This document shows positions 25,448 through 37,500 of a DNA stretch of 64,000 nucleotides, one piece after another. This stretch comes from Mobula hypostoma. Lineage: Eukaryota. The notes beneath the pieces are model-generated. The model ran no database searches. It was not told where the DNA came from and saw only the letters and a list, made by a program, of their open reading frames with translations. Numbering within the stretch: the first letter of the stretch is position 1; every line of letters begins with the position of its first letter. The stretch is taken from NCBI RefSeq assembly GCF_963921235.1, contig NC_086097.1, forward strand, positions 19,036,001 to 19,100,000, written 5' to 3'. The position numbers and the translations under genes were made by a program.

Positions 25448-26807
25448 AAGCACACAACAGTGATGGATAACTGAACCACTCAGTGGGTTTGATTACATTT
25501 TTTGACTGCAGTGTTTCAGTTGACAGTGGCCTTGCTTCTGGGTTCGATGGCTCCACATCAGCACAGGGACCAGGTAATCACTTCAGTCCATCACTGAAGA
25601 GCTGCTGTATCGTTGGAGGAGTCATCAATCAGCTGAGCCACCAAGCTGATGGTTCATCTGTCTACTGCGCTGCAAGCAAAAGGCTTGGTGCAGGTCAGCT
25701 GACTCAAATGGTCACGCCATGCAAATTGAAGGCTGTCGTGCGACGAGAATTCATCCGCAAGCCAGTAGAAGGAAATGGAGGGCGGTGGAAGGTGCTCATA
25801 TCATGGTGGAATTTGACCCCACGAGGGACAGCATAGTTGATGGAGCACTCCAGTGACCTGGTTCATTCCTGACCTCCGCTGCTGTCTCTGTGGAGTTGGC
25901 ATGTTCTCCATGTGCGACCTCCCTTCAATTTCCTCCAGAGTAGACAGATGTACAGGTTGGAAGGTTAAATGGGCACTGTACATTGTCCCATATATGTAGG
26001 AGAGGGGTAGAATTTGGGTAAAACAATTGGATTAATGAAGGCTTAGTATAAATAGGAGGTTGATTGTCAGTGCAAACTTGATAGGCCGAAAGGCCTGTAA
26101 CTGCATTGTACAGTATGTCTCTGTAAAATATTTAGGTTGAAGTTAGCCTTGCAGCTTACACCTCTGGTATTGCTCCAGTTTCTCCAGTCGAGACCACCCT
26201 AACAATCAGAATGGGCCTGTCCCATATCAAAGCCTCAACTCTGGTTGTCCCGGCTCAGCTCTCACCAGAAGGGTGGCACGGTAACATAGTGGTTAACCTA
26301 ACGCTTTACAAAGCTAGCGAACGGGGTCCCGCCGCTGATCCAGGCACCATTAGAAGAAATTGCAGGCCATTGGAAAGTGCTCACATCTGCTCATATCACA
26401 GTGGAAGGACAGTGCAGATGAGGGAGCAGATGTCTCGTAGCTCAGTTACCTGGCTTCAATCCTTATCACTGATGATGTCTGTGTGGAGTTTGCATGTGTC
26501 CCCTGTTACCCCGTTGGTTCTCCCGGATGCTCCACTGACAATGACAGGCAGCTGGTGGGTTTGGTTGGCTGTTGCAACTTGCTTTTGAGGTGTAGGTGAG
26601 GGGTAGGTTCTGTGGGAAGTTGAGAGGAATGTGGGGAAAATAAAATAGGTTGAGAGTGGGATCAGTGTAAATGTGTGCATGAATTTGATGGGCCAAACAG
26701 CCTGATTCTTTGTTATATGACTCTCTTTGGGAATGCTAATGAATCCTATCTGATGCTAATATAATGAATCATTGTACCATCTTTTGAAAGGACCCCACAT
26801 CCACCCC

Positions 26808-27137
26808 GCGGTGGTGTGGAAGTGTAGGGGTTAGCGCAATGCTTTACAGCTGCCAGTTGTGTGATCAGGGTTCGATTCCCACCACGGTCTGTAAGGAGTC
26901 TGTATGTTCTCCCCATGACCACGTGGTTTCCTCAGGTGCTCCGAATTCATCCCACATTCCAAAGATGTACATTTAGGGTCAGTGAGCTGTGGGCATGCAA
27001 TGTTGGAGCTGGAAGCACGGCAATACTTGCAGGCTGCCCCCAGCACATCCTCACTGACTGGGTTTGATGCAAACGTTGCATTTCACTGTAGTTTGACACT
27101 GTACATGTGACAAATAAAAGTCATCTTTTTAATCTTT
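26808..27137 (+). mobile_element. V-SINE variant with Rex1-type tail
   Basis: B box gggttcgattccc, V-domain, tail gcatttcactgta...tgtacatgtgacaaataaa. Confidence 0.75.
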
Positions 27138-27354
27138 CATCTTTGAGGAGCGTTCACAGAGAATTTAGCCATGGAACATGACTGCCGCAGGTGCTGGGTG
27201 GCATAATGCTCCTGGGCTAGACCTGAAGAAGTGACCAGGATAAACAGGAATATTCTTTTCCCCAGCTGCTTTGAGGTGAACTCTGTCTGTTTGAAGCTCT
27301 GCCCCACACGAGAACATGAGAAACAGAAGCAGGAGACAGCTAGATGACCCTTAA

Positions 27355-27635
27355 AGGTTAAAGGTAGCTTTAATTTGTCACATGTACATTGAAACATACA
27401 GTGAAATGCATCGTTTCTGTCAAATCAAATGAAGTGTTGCCACATTTCCGGAGCCAACATAGCATGCACGCAGTTCATTAACCCTAACTGATGTCTTTGA
27501 AATGTGGGAGGAAACCAGAGCACACACAGTCACAGAGAGAACATACAACCTCCTTACCGACAGTGGCAGGAACCAAACACTAATCTTACAGCTGGCTCTG
27601 TAAAGTGTTGTGCTAACCTCTCTGCTACAGTGCCA
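27355..27635 (-). mobile_element. V-SINE variant with Rex1-type tail
   Basis: Reverse complement of the 26808-27137 family. Confidence 0.7.
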
Positions 27636-27809
27636 GTTAATAGGGTCTCGCCTGATACAGCCCCGACCCTATTCAGTTCCCTGTTGCTCTTCCTTCACCC
27701 TACTTCCAACGCCAGTATATCCTTCCTGAAATGCGAGGACTAAAGCTGTGCACGGTTGTGGTGATCACCCAAGTTGAACATGATCTTCTCCAAAGAGGTT
27801 GTCAAAGGG

Positions 27810-28440
27810 GAGGTGGGAGGAGAAGATGGCAGTGCGACGCAGCGCACGTAAGCCCCTCCGGTGAAATGATATCGTATTTGTAAGTAGGACACCGTGCACA
27901 ATTCTGATTTGATGAAGACAGACATGAGAAGCAGAGGAACATCTGGAGAAATTTCTGAAATGCCCGGTTCGCTGCCGCTGCTACTGCGTGATCGAGAATC
28001 TCCGGAGGGAAGGCCCCAAAATCCCCGGTTTTGCCTGCTGCTGGCGACCGAGGCTGAGGTCGAAGCGTTCGGATAGAGATGGTGCTCGGTACTCGATGTC
28101 GGAGGGCTGATCAGAGCTCGAAGTTTTCGGACAACTCAGGGTCGGACTGTGGTCGGGCATGGCAGGGAGAGTTTTTTCTTCCTTCTCCCGTCTGCGTGAG
28201 ATGTGGGACTTTCGAGAGACTTTGAACTTCTTAACTGTGCCATGGCCTGTTCTTCATCAAGTTTTGGTATCGTTGCACTGTTGTAACTATATGTTATAAT
28301 TATGTGGTTTTTGTTAGTTTTTCAGTCATGGTCTGTCCTGTGTTTCTGTGATATCACACCAGAGGAACATTGCATTATTTCTTAATGCATGCATTACTAA
28401 ATGACAATAAAAGAGGACTGCGTGTTCTCATAATCTAATT
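27810..28440 (+). mobile_element. Apparently full-length non-autonomous retroposon (AAGATGGC head, AATCT tail)
   Basis: Shares 3' part with 950-1386 and 50425-50533; CpG-rich 5' half; no recognisable ORF. Confidence 0.75.
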
Positions 28441-28449
28441 TGATGGGCC

Positions 28450-28832
28450 GTCAGGTGGCTGCAGGGGCTGATTCACATGAGAGGTTGGGTGCACTGGGTG
28501 AAAAGCTTTGTTTAACATGGCAAGGCTGAAGCACAGGCAGCCACCGCATGGTCCTAAACAGATTGGGGTCAGGACCCAGAGACATGGAATTCACAATGAC
28601 TGGAGAACCTTCACTGCTGCGGTCTTCCTCCACCTTCAGTGCCGTTGTGATGTGACGTCATCTTTGACCAGCTCCACCGTTGATGTTTTAGTTGGATCAC
28701 TCTCCGCCTGGAACTTCCCTCTTGACCTTACCACTTTGGGTGACCCTACCAGGAGGTGAGCGCCAGATGACATCATTCTCAGAATCTCACAAATTCACAA
28801 GCCACTCCACCAAAACAAGGAGGCGATCCTTG
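28450..28832 (-). mobile_element. RTE-derived non-autonomous element
   Basis: RTE-like 5' motif cctggtagggtcaccc...ggtaaggtcaag on the minus strand; related piece at 47570-47785. Confidence 0.5.
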
Positions 28833-29283
28833 GAGAATGTCCGCAGTACACTAATTGTGGCCTCAGCGGTGCTTTGTACAATTGCAACACTGCTTCCCCA
28901 CTACCAACCCCGAACCATCTTGTAACAAAGGCCATATGCTGTAGCTGCCTGTTAACTTCATATGAGTCATGCATCTGGCATACCTAGATCCTTCAGTGCT
29001 TCATTCATCTGTGTTCTTTCTCTGAGGACAATTAGGGTTGTGTTAGAAGGTGGTCTTACTTACAATGCCTTACTTGATGAAAGAAAATTAAATGAGCAAA
29101 TCGGCCTCATTCATCCATGAGCTTCTTGGTGCTGGTGTCCATGTTGCTGTTGGCTTCTTTTTGACTTGATGCAGTCTCTGAGTGTAGGTTAGAGTGAATT
29201 GGTGCCAACATCCTGCACATTCACTCCCAGATCCATACAGTCTCCCAGCAGCCACCACAACAAATCCTAACATCATTCCCAGT

Positions 29284-29297
29284 GTTGCTATGACAAC
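29284..29297. promoter_or_regulatory. RFX X-box-like palindrome
   Basis: GTTGCTATGACAAC versus consensus GTTGCCATGGCAAC, in non-repetitive sequence. Confidence 0.4.
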
Positions 29298-29715
29298 AGT
29301 GCAGGAGTTTCTGAAGCCTATGGAGAAATATATTCTGTTTCACACAATGCCATGGGACGTGGCACTGGGACAAACCGTGAAGGGTAAAAAAATGAAATCT
29401 CAAAGTGAATCAAAATTATTTATTGTGTTTTAGAAGCTAGAAGCCTCAATAGGAAATCCAAACTTTTTGTCACAACTTCTGTTGCGAGTTCCTGTTGGTC
29501 CTCATCACTCACTGCCCAGTGTTTGAAGAACTAATGTTCTCTTGGCAAGTCTCGATCAAGTTATTGCTGAACTTTATGTTTTTGTTCACCATTGCCTTGT
29601 CCTCCTCCCTCTCTCAGCTCCACAACTCCCATCTCTCTGGATTAGCACCTTGCTCAGCATGGACAATTTGGGCCAAAGGCCCCATTACCATGCTGTATTG
29701 CTCCATGACTCCCTC

Positions 29716-29970
29716 TTCTTCAACCCATCACCTCCTACTGGGGTGTAGGCCACTGACAGCAGCTCAACAGGGTCTTCTGTTCTGGTTTTTCAAGTTGTCC
29801 CCTTGTGTAGCCCATCCCGTTGATGTATCCTTCCTCTCCCAGAGATGAGGTCCTTGGAGCTTCTATTGGTGTTCCTGTAGCTCTGAGTTTTTACAGGATG
29901 TGGTTGCTAGGCCTATGACCAACCCCACTCCTTTCGCGGTCGGGCTTGCGACCATCTGTGATGGAGTTGA
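29716..29970 (-). mobile_element. RTE-derived bipartite SINE
   Basis: Reverse complement of 32030-32272. Confidence 0.6.
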
Positions 29971-31264
29971 TCACTGCTCCTTGAGGGATTCTGACCTTCT
30001 GACTGTTCCTGATGTCACAGCAGTAGTGTCAAGTCAAAAAACTACCCTTGCCTTGGGAATGTCCAGCCAAAGCCTCATTCCTTCCTTCAGACTGTTCTTA
30101 AAACCCCTGCCTGCTCATCTTGGGCCATCACTGTGGCTCAGCACCACACTTTGGAAACACACAGGTGAAGTGCCTTGTGGGATGTTAAAGCAGCTATACA
30201 AATCCAGCATTCTTCATTCTGCAACCTGGTTGGTGTGGTGACTGTATAGTACCTCCAGGGAAGAAGAAGTGGTAGAAACTGTGTCCTGGAAATATCGAGC
30301 ATAATTACACAGACAGGGGGAACAGGCAAGCACTGGGTCCCTGACATTAAGCTGGAGTTGTGTCCTGAACCGGTAGTTTATAAGTGCTCAAGCATGGAGA
30401 CCAGGTAATGGAGAGAGATCCTTCAATTCTGATGCTCATAGTGCTGTTATTTAATTGGTTGCTATGTGGGCGTTCCTATTTAATTCCAACAAGAGCTTTG
30501 CATCCAGTTTTCAAGAGGAAAAGATAATGGATGCTTACCAATTACAACTTAAAGCAAGTAATGAACCATCTGCACTGTACCATCGCACTGCTTACACTGC
30601 AATTGAAATCATTCTGGACCATGAACGTTTCAAATCCAGCCCACTTGACTGTGGCTGGAGCGGCGCGTAGGCTCCGGTAGCGCGATCTCTCGCTTGCGTC
30701 ACACACTGTACCCAGTTTGCCCTAGTCCCAGATCGTTCCGACTCTGACGCTTGTTGTCCTATCCAAGTTCAGTGCTCATCAGTGTGACCTGAGGAGAAAG
30801 AGGGAAAACTAGCATGCAGAATGAGGAGCACTGCGCTAATGCCATGGCAGGAAAGCAGGGCACACGTCGTTACACGAGGAGACCTCTACATGAGGCTTTG
30901 TGCAGGGCAGATTCTTAACTGAGGAAGTCAATGCCCAACAAATGGAGACACAGCAAACTGCATTTGCTGGAATCTGGAGCAACAAACAATCTGCTGGAAG
31001 AACTTAACAAGAATTTGGAAGGAAAGAAATATGCTTGGATTCCAGCCCTACTGCAGGACTGTAATGTTGACAGTTCAATTCCTCCCTCGAGTGCTGCTTG
31101 ACCTTTTGTTTTCTTCCAGAAGATTGTCTGAGTGCCCAGCATATGTTGCAGAGAAACAGTAATGATGCATGTAGGTTATACAACCCCTTATTTCACAGAT
31201 ATCATTTGATATAACCTTAGAGTTGAGATTTGGGATTGAGAAATGGAGGATCTCTGGGATTGAC

Positions 31265-31700
31265 AAAGCAAGGATGTAATGCTGAGAGTTTATGAAGTGC
31301 TGGTAAGGCCTCACTTGGAGTATTGTGAGCAGTTTTTGGCCCCTTATCTAAGAAAGTATGTGCTGACATTGGAGAAGGTTCAAAGGAGGCTCATGAAAAT
31401 AATTCCAGGATTGAAAGACATCATATGAGGTGCGTTTGATGGCTCTTTGACTTTCCTCACTGGAATTCAGAAGAATGAGGGGGGATCTCAATGAAATCTA
31501 TCAAATATTAAAAATCCTCGATAGATTGGATATGGATAGGATGTTTCCTTTGGTGGATGAGTCTAAGAGCAGAGGGCACAGCCTCAGAATAGAGGGACAT
31601 CCATTTAGAACAGAGGTGAGGAATTTCTTTACCAGAGAGGGCTCAATCTGTGGAATTCATTGCCACAGACAACTATGGAGGCCATGTCATTGATTAGTCA
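31265..31700 (+). mobile_element. CR1 3' fragment
   Basis: LVRPHLEYC...MRGDLNEIYQILK motifs. Confidence 0.8.
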
Positions 31701-31807
31701 GGATGTAAGTCCATATGATATAGGAGCAGAATAAGGCCATTTGGCCCACTGAGTCTGCTCTGCCATTTCTATCCAATTTTCCTCTCAGCCTTCTCCCCAT
31801 ATCCCCA

Positions 31808-32272
31808 CAGCTCGGCTGCAAAAGGAGGAGGGTTGGGCATGGAGCTAGCAACCCCATCCAATAAAAACCTAGAGCTATAGGAACACCAAAAGGAGCTCCA
31901 AAAACATGAAGGGATCCAGGGAAACCTAGCTACTATATCAAGAGTTACAAATCCAGAGAATAAAAGCCCTTTCGGCCTTCAAGTTATCTCAGAGCTAAAG
32001 GGGCAAAAACCCTGCCATGAACAGTCCGAAGCCCGGCTGTGAAAGGAGAAGGGTTGGGCATAGGGCTTGCTATTCCATCCCATAAAAACCCAGAGCTATT
32101 GAAACACCAACAGAAGCTCCATAGACCTCATCCCTGGAAGAGGAAGGACACACCAAGAAGATGGACTACACCTGGGAACAGCTTGAACGCTGGCCCAGGA
32201 CACAGGACTCTGGTGAGCTGCTGTCAGTGGCCTATGCCCCAGTAGGGATGATGGCCTTAAGAGGATAAGAAG
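31808..32272 (+). mobile_element. RTE-derived bipartite SINE with duplicated 5' module
   Basis: gggttgggcat...ccatcc..ataaaaacc occurs twice; RTE-type tail ggcctatgccccagtagggatgatggccttaag. Confidence 0.6.
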
Positions 32273-32539
32273 AATGAGGCACAGGGATAAAAGTTTAGAC
32301 TTTGATTATTATTCAGATAGATTTATATAATCAAGTGAACAAACTTTAAATTTACAATGTACTGTATATATTAAATAATAAATCTACTTTTTAATTTAAA
32401 TATCCAGATGTAGTTAAAAGCATAAAGTAAAATAGTTCAAGAAATGTAGCAGATGTTGGAAACCTTGAGCAACATTTACAAAATACTGGAGCAACTCAGG
32501 ACTAATGAAGGGTCTTGCTCCAACACTGAAAATTTATTA

Positions 32540-33265
32540 AGACCACAAGACCATAAGATATTGATGCAGAATTAGGCCAATTAGCCCACTGACTGTGCAC
32601 AACAATGGTTGATTTTTTATACCTATCATCCCAATTCTTCAGCCTTCTTCCCATAATCGTTGACGCCCTGACTAATCAAGAACCTATCAACCTTCGCTTT
32701 AAATATACGCAATGACTTGGCCTCCACAACCGTATGTGGTAATGAATTCTACCCTCTGGCTGAAGGAACTCCTCCTCATCTCTGTTCTAAAGGGACGTCC
32801 TTGTAAACTAAGGCTGTTCCATCTTGTCCTAAACTCTCTCTCTATAGGAAACATCCTTTTCATGTCCACTCTATCTAGAGCTTTTAATATTTAATATTTC
32901 TGATTTTGCTCCCCATATAAAAATAGTCTACACCTTTATTCCTTCCACTAAAAAATACATGACTATGCATTTGCCTATATTGCATTCCATCTGCCACTTA
33001 TTTGCCCTTTCTCTTAATCTAAGTCCTTCTGCAGACTTTCTGCTGCCTCAGTGCTACTTGCCTCTCTACCTATCATCGCATTGTACACTAACATGGCCAC
33101 AAAGGCATCAATTCCATCATCAATATCATTGACATATAACGTGAAAAGAAGCGGTCCCAACACTGACCCTTGCAGAACACCACTAGTCATTAGCAGCCAA
33201 CCAACTTCTATCCATGCTGGTATCTTGCCTGAAATACATTGGATTCCTTTCTTGTTTAGCAGCCT
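32540..33265 (-). mobile_element. CR1 3' fragment
   Basis: (aagaccat)n tail and decayed RT. Confidence 0.75.
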
Positions 33266-33324
33266 TATATTCCCCTCCGTAGATGCTGCCTGACTCTCAG
33301 AGCAGTTCCAGAACTTATCTTCTT

Positions 33325-33480
33325 AAACAACAGGAATTCTGCAGATGCTGGAAATTCAAGCAACACACATAAAAGTTGCTGGTGAACGCAGCAGGCCAGG
33401 CAGCATCTGTAGGAAGAGGTGCAGTCGACGTTTCAGGCCGAAGGGTCTCGGCCTGAAACGTTGACTGCACCTCTTCCTAC
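33325..33480. mobile_element. Short Penelope-like fold-back insertion
   Basis: 33-bp hairpin arms 33409-33441 / 33448-33480 (1 mismatch); direct repeat acttatcttcttaaacaa at 33313-33330 and 33479-33496. Confidence 0.85.
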
Positions 33481-34079
33481 TTATCTTCTTAAACAAGGCT
33501 GTAACACCATCAAATTTATGTGTTATCCACACTTGCTTTCCCTCCGTGGTGTAACAGTGAGGGGCCAGATGTGAAGTGCACCTGGACTTTCTCTCTAGTG
33601 ACTCATTCTCTGCTCAGTAGTGAGTCCAGTGGTGGAGTGGTGATTCCAGTGATGACACCTCCTCACCCCTCGCCAGTCGGCTGGATTCTGTACAATACTC
33701 CAATTGCTCTGCATGCATCTAAAATAGAAAACAAATGCAACAGTTTGCAGGTGGGATGAAAGCCAAAAAGAAATTGAGAGGTATTCCAAGCCAACAGGTA
33801 TCTGTCCTTTGCTGCGGCAGTCAAGTGAACTTCATAATGAGGTGACCACATTGCTGCCTCCTTCAGCAGGTCATCAGACTATCCTCAGATGAAGCAATCC
33901 CTTTCCATCCAATCCGATACTTTTGAGAATTCCCATACCAATCCAATAAATGTGGAGTTCCTGCTGGGAATATTTAGGTCACATGAGGAGACTATTGCTG
34001 ATCCCAGTAGCAGCTTGAATGGAGGGATACTGGAGAGAGAAACATTTTTTTAGGTCAAATCTTCCTTATCCAGACAAGA

Positions 34080-34905
34080 TAGAGGTTTAGCTTTATAAAG
34101 CATTGGTCAGACTACACTTGGAGTATAGTAAACAGCATTGGGCCCCCTATCTAAGAAACGATGTGGTTCCACGGTAGCGTAGTGGTCAGTGCAATGGTAA
34201 TACAGGTTGGGTGTTTGGAGTTTGGATTTCAATTCTGCCACCATCTGTCAAGAGTTTGTATGTCCTTCTCATGACCATGTGGGTTTCCTTCTGGTGCTCC
34301 AGTTTCCTCCCACACTTAAAAGACTGGTTAGTAGGTTAATTGGTCACTTCGTTGTCCTGTGATTACCCTATTGTTAAATAAGTGGGTTGCTGGGTGGTGC
34401 ACCTTGCTGGAAGGGCTTATTCCATGTTGTATCTCTAACTAAATGTGCTGGCATTGGAGAGGGCCCAGAGGAGGTTCACTAGAAATACCCTGAAAGTGAA
34501 AGGGTTAACATATGAGCAGAATTTGATGACTCTGGGCCTGTCGTTGCTGGAGTTTAGAAGAACGAGGGGAATATTGAAAGGCCTAGATAGAGCAGACATT
34601 GAGACAATGTTGGCCCAGAATACAAGGACGTCCCTTCAGAACAGAGATGAGGGGGAATTTCTTTAGCCAAAGGGTAGTAAATCTGTGGAATTCATTGCCT
34701 CAGACGGCTGCAGACGCCATGTCATTGGGTATTCTGCTTTTAAAATGGAGGCTTTCAGGTTCTTGATTAATAAGAGAGTCAAGGGTTACGGGAAGAAGGC
34801 AGAAGAGTGGGGTTGCGGGGGGGATAATAAATCAGCCGTAATGGAAATAGCGGAGCAGACTCATAGGGCTAAATGACGTAATTCTGCTCCTATGTCTTAT
34901 GGTCT
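34080..34905 (+). mobile_element. CR1 3' fragment containing a V-SINE (34166-34442)
   Basis: CR1 RT end; SINE flanked by ATGTG duplication (34161-34165, 34443-34447). Confidence 0.8.
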
Positions 34906-35274
34906 AGGTGAGATCTAAAGTATGGCCCCACTTTCATTTTATTGAACCAGCTTTACTGTCCAGCATTTTGTTTGCTTTTCTGGATAAATATGAAAAGACC
35001 TGGGGAATATCTACTCCCATCACCCTTTACAATGAATGACCTGGTGTTTACCGTATTGTGAATGCAGTCTTCGAGTAACCCAAGAGCATCAAAGGCAGAA
35101 GATCCTTTGGCATGTGAGACTGGCAGGAAGAGTAGCTTCTGATGTAGTGGAGATCACCACAGATATGACTTGCTTTGGCTGAAATAAACAACCCCATAGC
35201 CTCAGTTTGTAAGATCGGATGCAGCTGATACACTGAATGCCCAGTCCCAAAACCAGTTGTGCCCCTTCTCAAAA

Positions 35275-35872
35275 TGAAACCTACTGAAAGGTCAAGATAG
35301 AGTAGATGTGAAGAGGATGCTTCAATAGTCTGATAGTCTAGGATATAGGGCACAGCCTCAGAACAGAAAGACGTCCCTTTAGAACAGAGATAAGGAGGAA
35401 TTTCTTTAACTAGAGACTTGTGAGTCATATGAGGAGCATTTGAAGATTCTTGGGGTGTTATTGCAGGGGATTAGAAGAATGAGGGGAATCTCATTGAAAC
35501 CATTGAGTACCGAAAGGCCTAGATAGAGTGGATATGGAGAAGATGTTTCCTATAGTGGGGGGGAAGGGGGGAGTCTAAGACCAGAGAGCATAGCCTCAGA
35601 ATACAAGGATGTTCCTTCAGAAGAGAGATGGTGAAGAATTTCTTTAGCCAGAAAGTACTGGAATTCATTGCCACAGATGGCTGTGGAGGCCAAATTATTG
35701 AGTATATTTAAAGCAGAGGCTGATAATTTCTTGATTAGTAAGGGTGTCAAAGGTTATGGGGATTGGACAGGAAAATGGGGTTGAGAGGGAAAATAAATTA
35801 GCCACAATCAAATTGGGAGCAGACCCAATGTGCTGAATAACCTAATTCTGTTCTACGTCTCATAGTCCTTTG
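35275..35872 (+). mobile_element. Tandem CR1 3' fragments
   Basis: gggcacagcctcagaa / gagcatagcctcagaa segment occurs twice; CR1 3' UTR. Confidence 0.7.
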
Positions 35873-36531
35873 GTTACAATACCAGCATCTACCCGACAAT
35901 GTGGAAAATTACCCTGTTTTACAAAATGCAGGACAAATCCAATCCAGCTAATTATTACCCACCCACTCTACTCTCAATAATGAGCTAGGCAATGGAAATT
36001 ACTGTCGAGAGTGCTGTTGCTGTTACTCAGCAGCAAACTGCGAGGCAAAGGCCAGGAACGCCCAACCCAGATCCCATCAGAACCTAGACTCAAAAATGGA
36101 TCAGCATAATTTCATTCAATGGTGGAGTACTCTCAGGAACAGTTTGTAAGATCTCGGATGGCAAGGCCTTGTCTTCCCATCTAAATATGTGCCTGAATTT
36201 GTCCAGCTATTTAAAATATACTGCTTTAATATGTGTCAACTCTTCCATCATTACTGGTAAAGTCTCCACTACTCATGAAACACCTTACCAGGGGTGAAGA
36301 TGGAAGCAGACACATTAGGGACACTTAAGAAACTCTCAGCATGTGGATGATAGACAAATGCAGGAGGGAAGGGATAGATTGACCTTAGAGTCGGTTAAAA
36401 GGTCAGCACAAGATAGTGGGCAAGGGCCTCAGTGTTCTTTGTTCCATGTTCTGTGTACTGTCTGTGGCTGCATGTCACATATTCTACACTTGCATAAGTA
36501 TTTTTTAATCACATAATCTCAATAATTTATG

Positions 36532-36570
36532 AGGGGATGTGGGGATGTGGGGATGTGGGGATGTGGGGGG
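36532..36570 (+). repeat. (GGGGATGT)n tandem repeat, G-quadruplex-prone
   Basis: Four units plus a further G-run, read directly. Confidence 0.9.
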
Positions 36571-36859
36571 TGCAAAGTAGCCTATTCCTCCTGCAAATTC
36601 CAACGTCCATCATTCTCATCCACATGTGCGTGAGACAGGACTGACTTGGTGCATGGTCAACACAGCACTGACAGCATGGGCAAAGAGTATTGACCCTTGT
36701 TGACAGCTCAGATGAGAATTCCCATGAGGCCAGGTAGTTCTAGGTGCTTTGAGTGCTGCTCCAATAAAGTTTCTTGTTCAAGCCATATGACACAGACCTG
36801 AATGGAGAACAGCTCATAACAGACGAATGCTGGTGCTGGTGGTGGGGTCAAGGAGAGGA

Positions 36860-37500
36860 ACCTCATTGAAAGGCCTGGTTACAGTAGACATTGAGAAGAT
36901 CATCAGTAGGAGAGTCTAGGACCTGAGGGCACAGACTCAGAATAAAGGAATGTCCCATTAAAAGTGAGATGAGGAGGAATTTCTTCAGCCAGAGGATGAT
37001 AGGGGTGGCATGTTGGCGTAGTGGTTAGCACAGCGCTTTACAGTATCTGTGACCTGGGTTCAATTCCCACCATTGCCTGTAAGGAGTTTGTACATCTTTC
37101 CCATGACTGCGTGGGTTTCTTCCCACAGTCCAAAGACATGCCGGTTGGTGGGCTAATTGGTCACTGTAAATTCTCCTGTGGTTAGTCTGGGATTAAATCC
37201 GGAGACCACTAGGCAGCATGGCTCGAAGGGCTGGAAGGGTCTGTTCCACACTGTATCTCAATAAATAAATAAATAAATAAATAAATAAGATGGATCTATG
37301 GAATTAATGCCACTGATGGCTGTGGAAGCTAAATCATTGGGTTTATTTTGGGCAGAGATTGTTAGGTTCTTCGTTGGTAAGGGGATTAAGGGTTACAAAC
37401 AAAAGGCAGGAAAATGGGTTTGAAAACGTATCACTCATGATTGAATGGTGGAGCAGACCCATTGGGTTGAAAAGCCCAATTCTGTTCCTTTGACTTATGT
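36860..37500 (+). mobile_element. CR1 3' fragment containing a V-SINE (about 37002-37288) with (TAAA)n tail
   Basis: SINE A/B boxes tggcgtagtgg, gggttcaattccc; CR1 resumes at 37289. Confidence 0.8.

Noticed and set aside
25520..25573. Possible 54-nt + strand cassette exon (tttcag|...cag|gtaatc)
   Set aside because: Competing AGs, no recognisable homology; splice-like motifs are expected by chance
26808..26890. tRNA gene (and similar heads elsewhere)
   Set aside because: Degenerate SINE heads followed by a V-domain; no complete cloverleaf
30770..30788. CTGATGAG on the minus strand as a hammerhead or snoRNA box
   Set aside because: No stem II and GAAA partner and no terminal stem found
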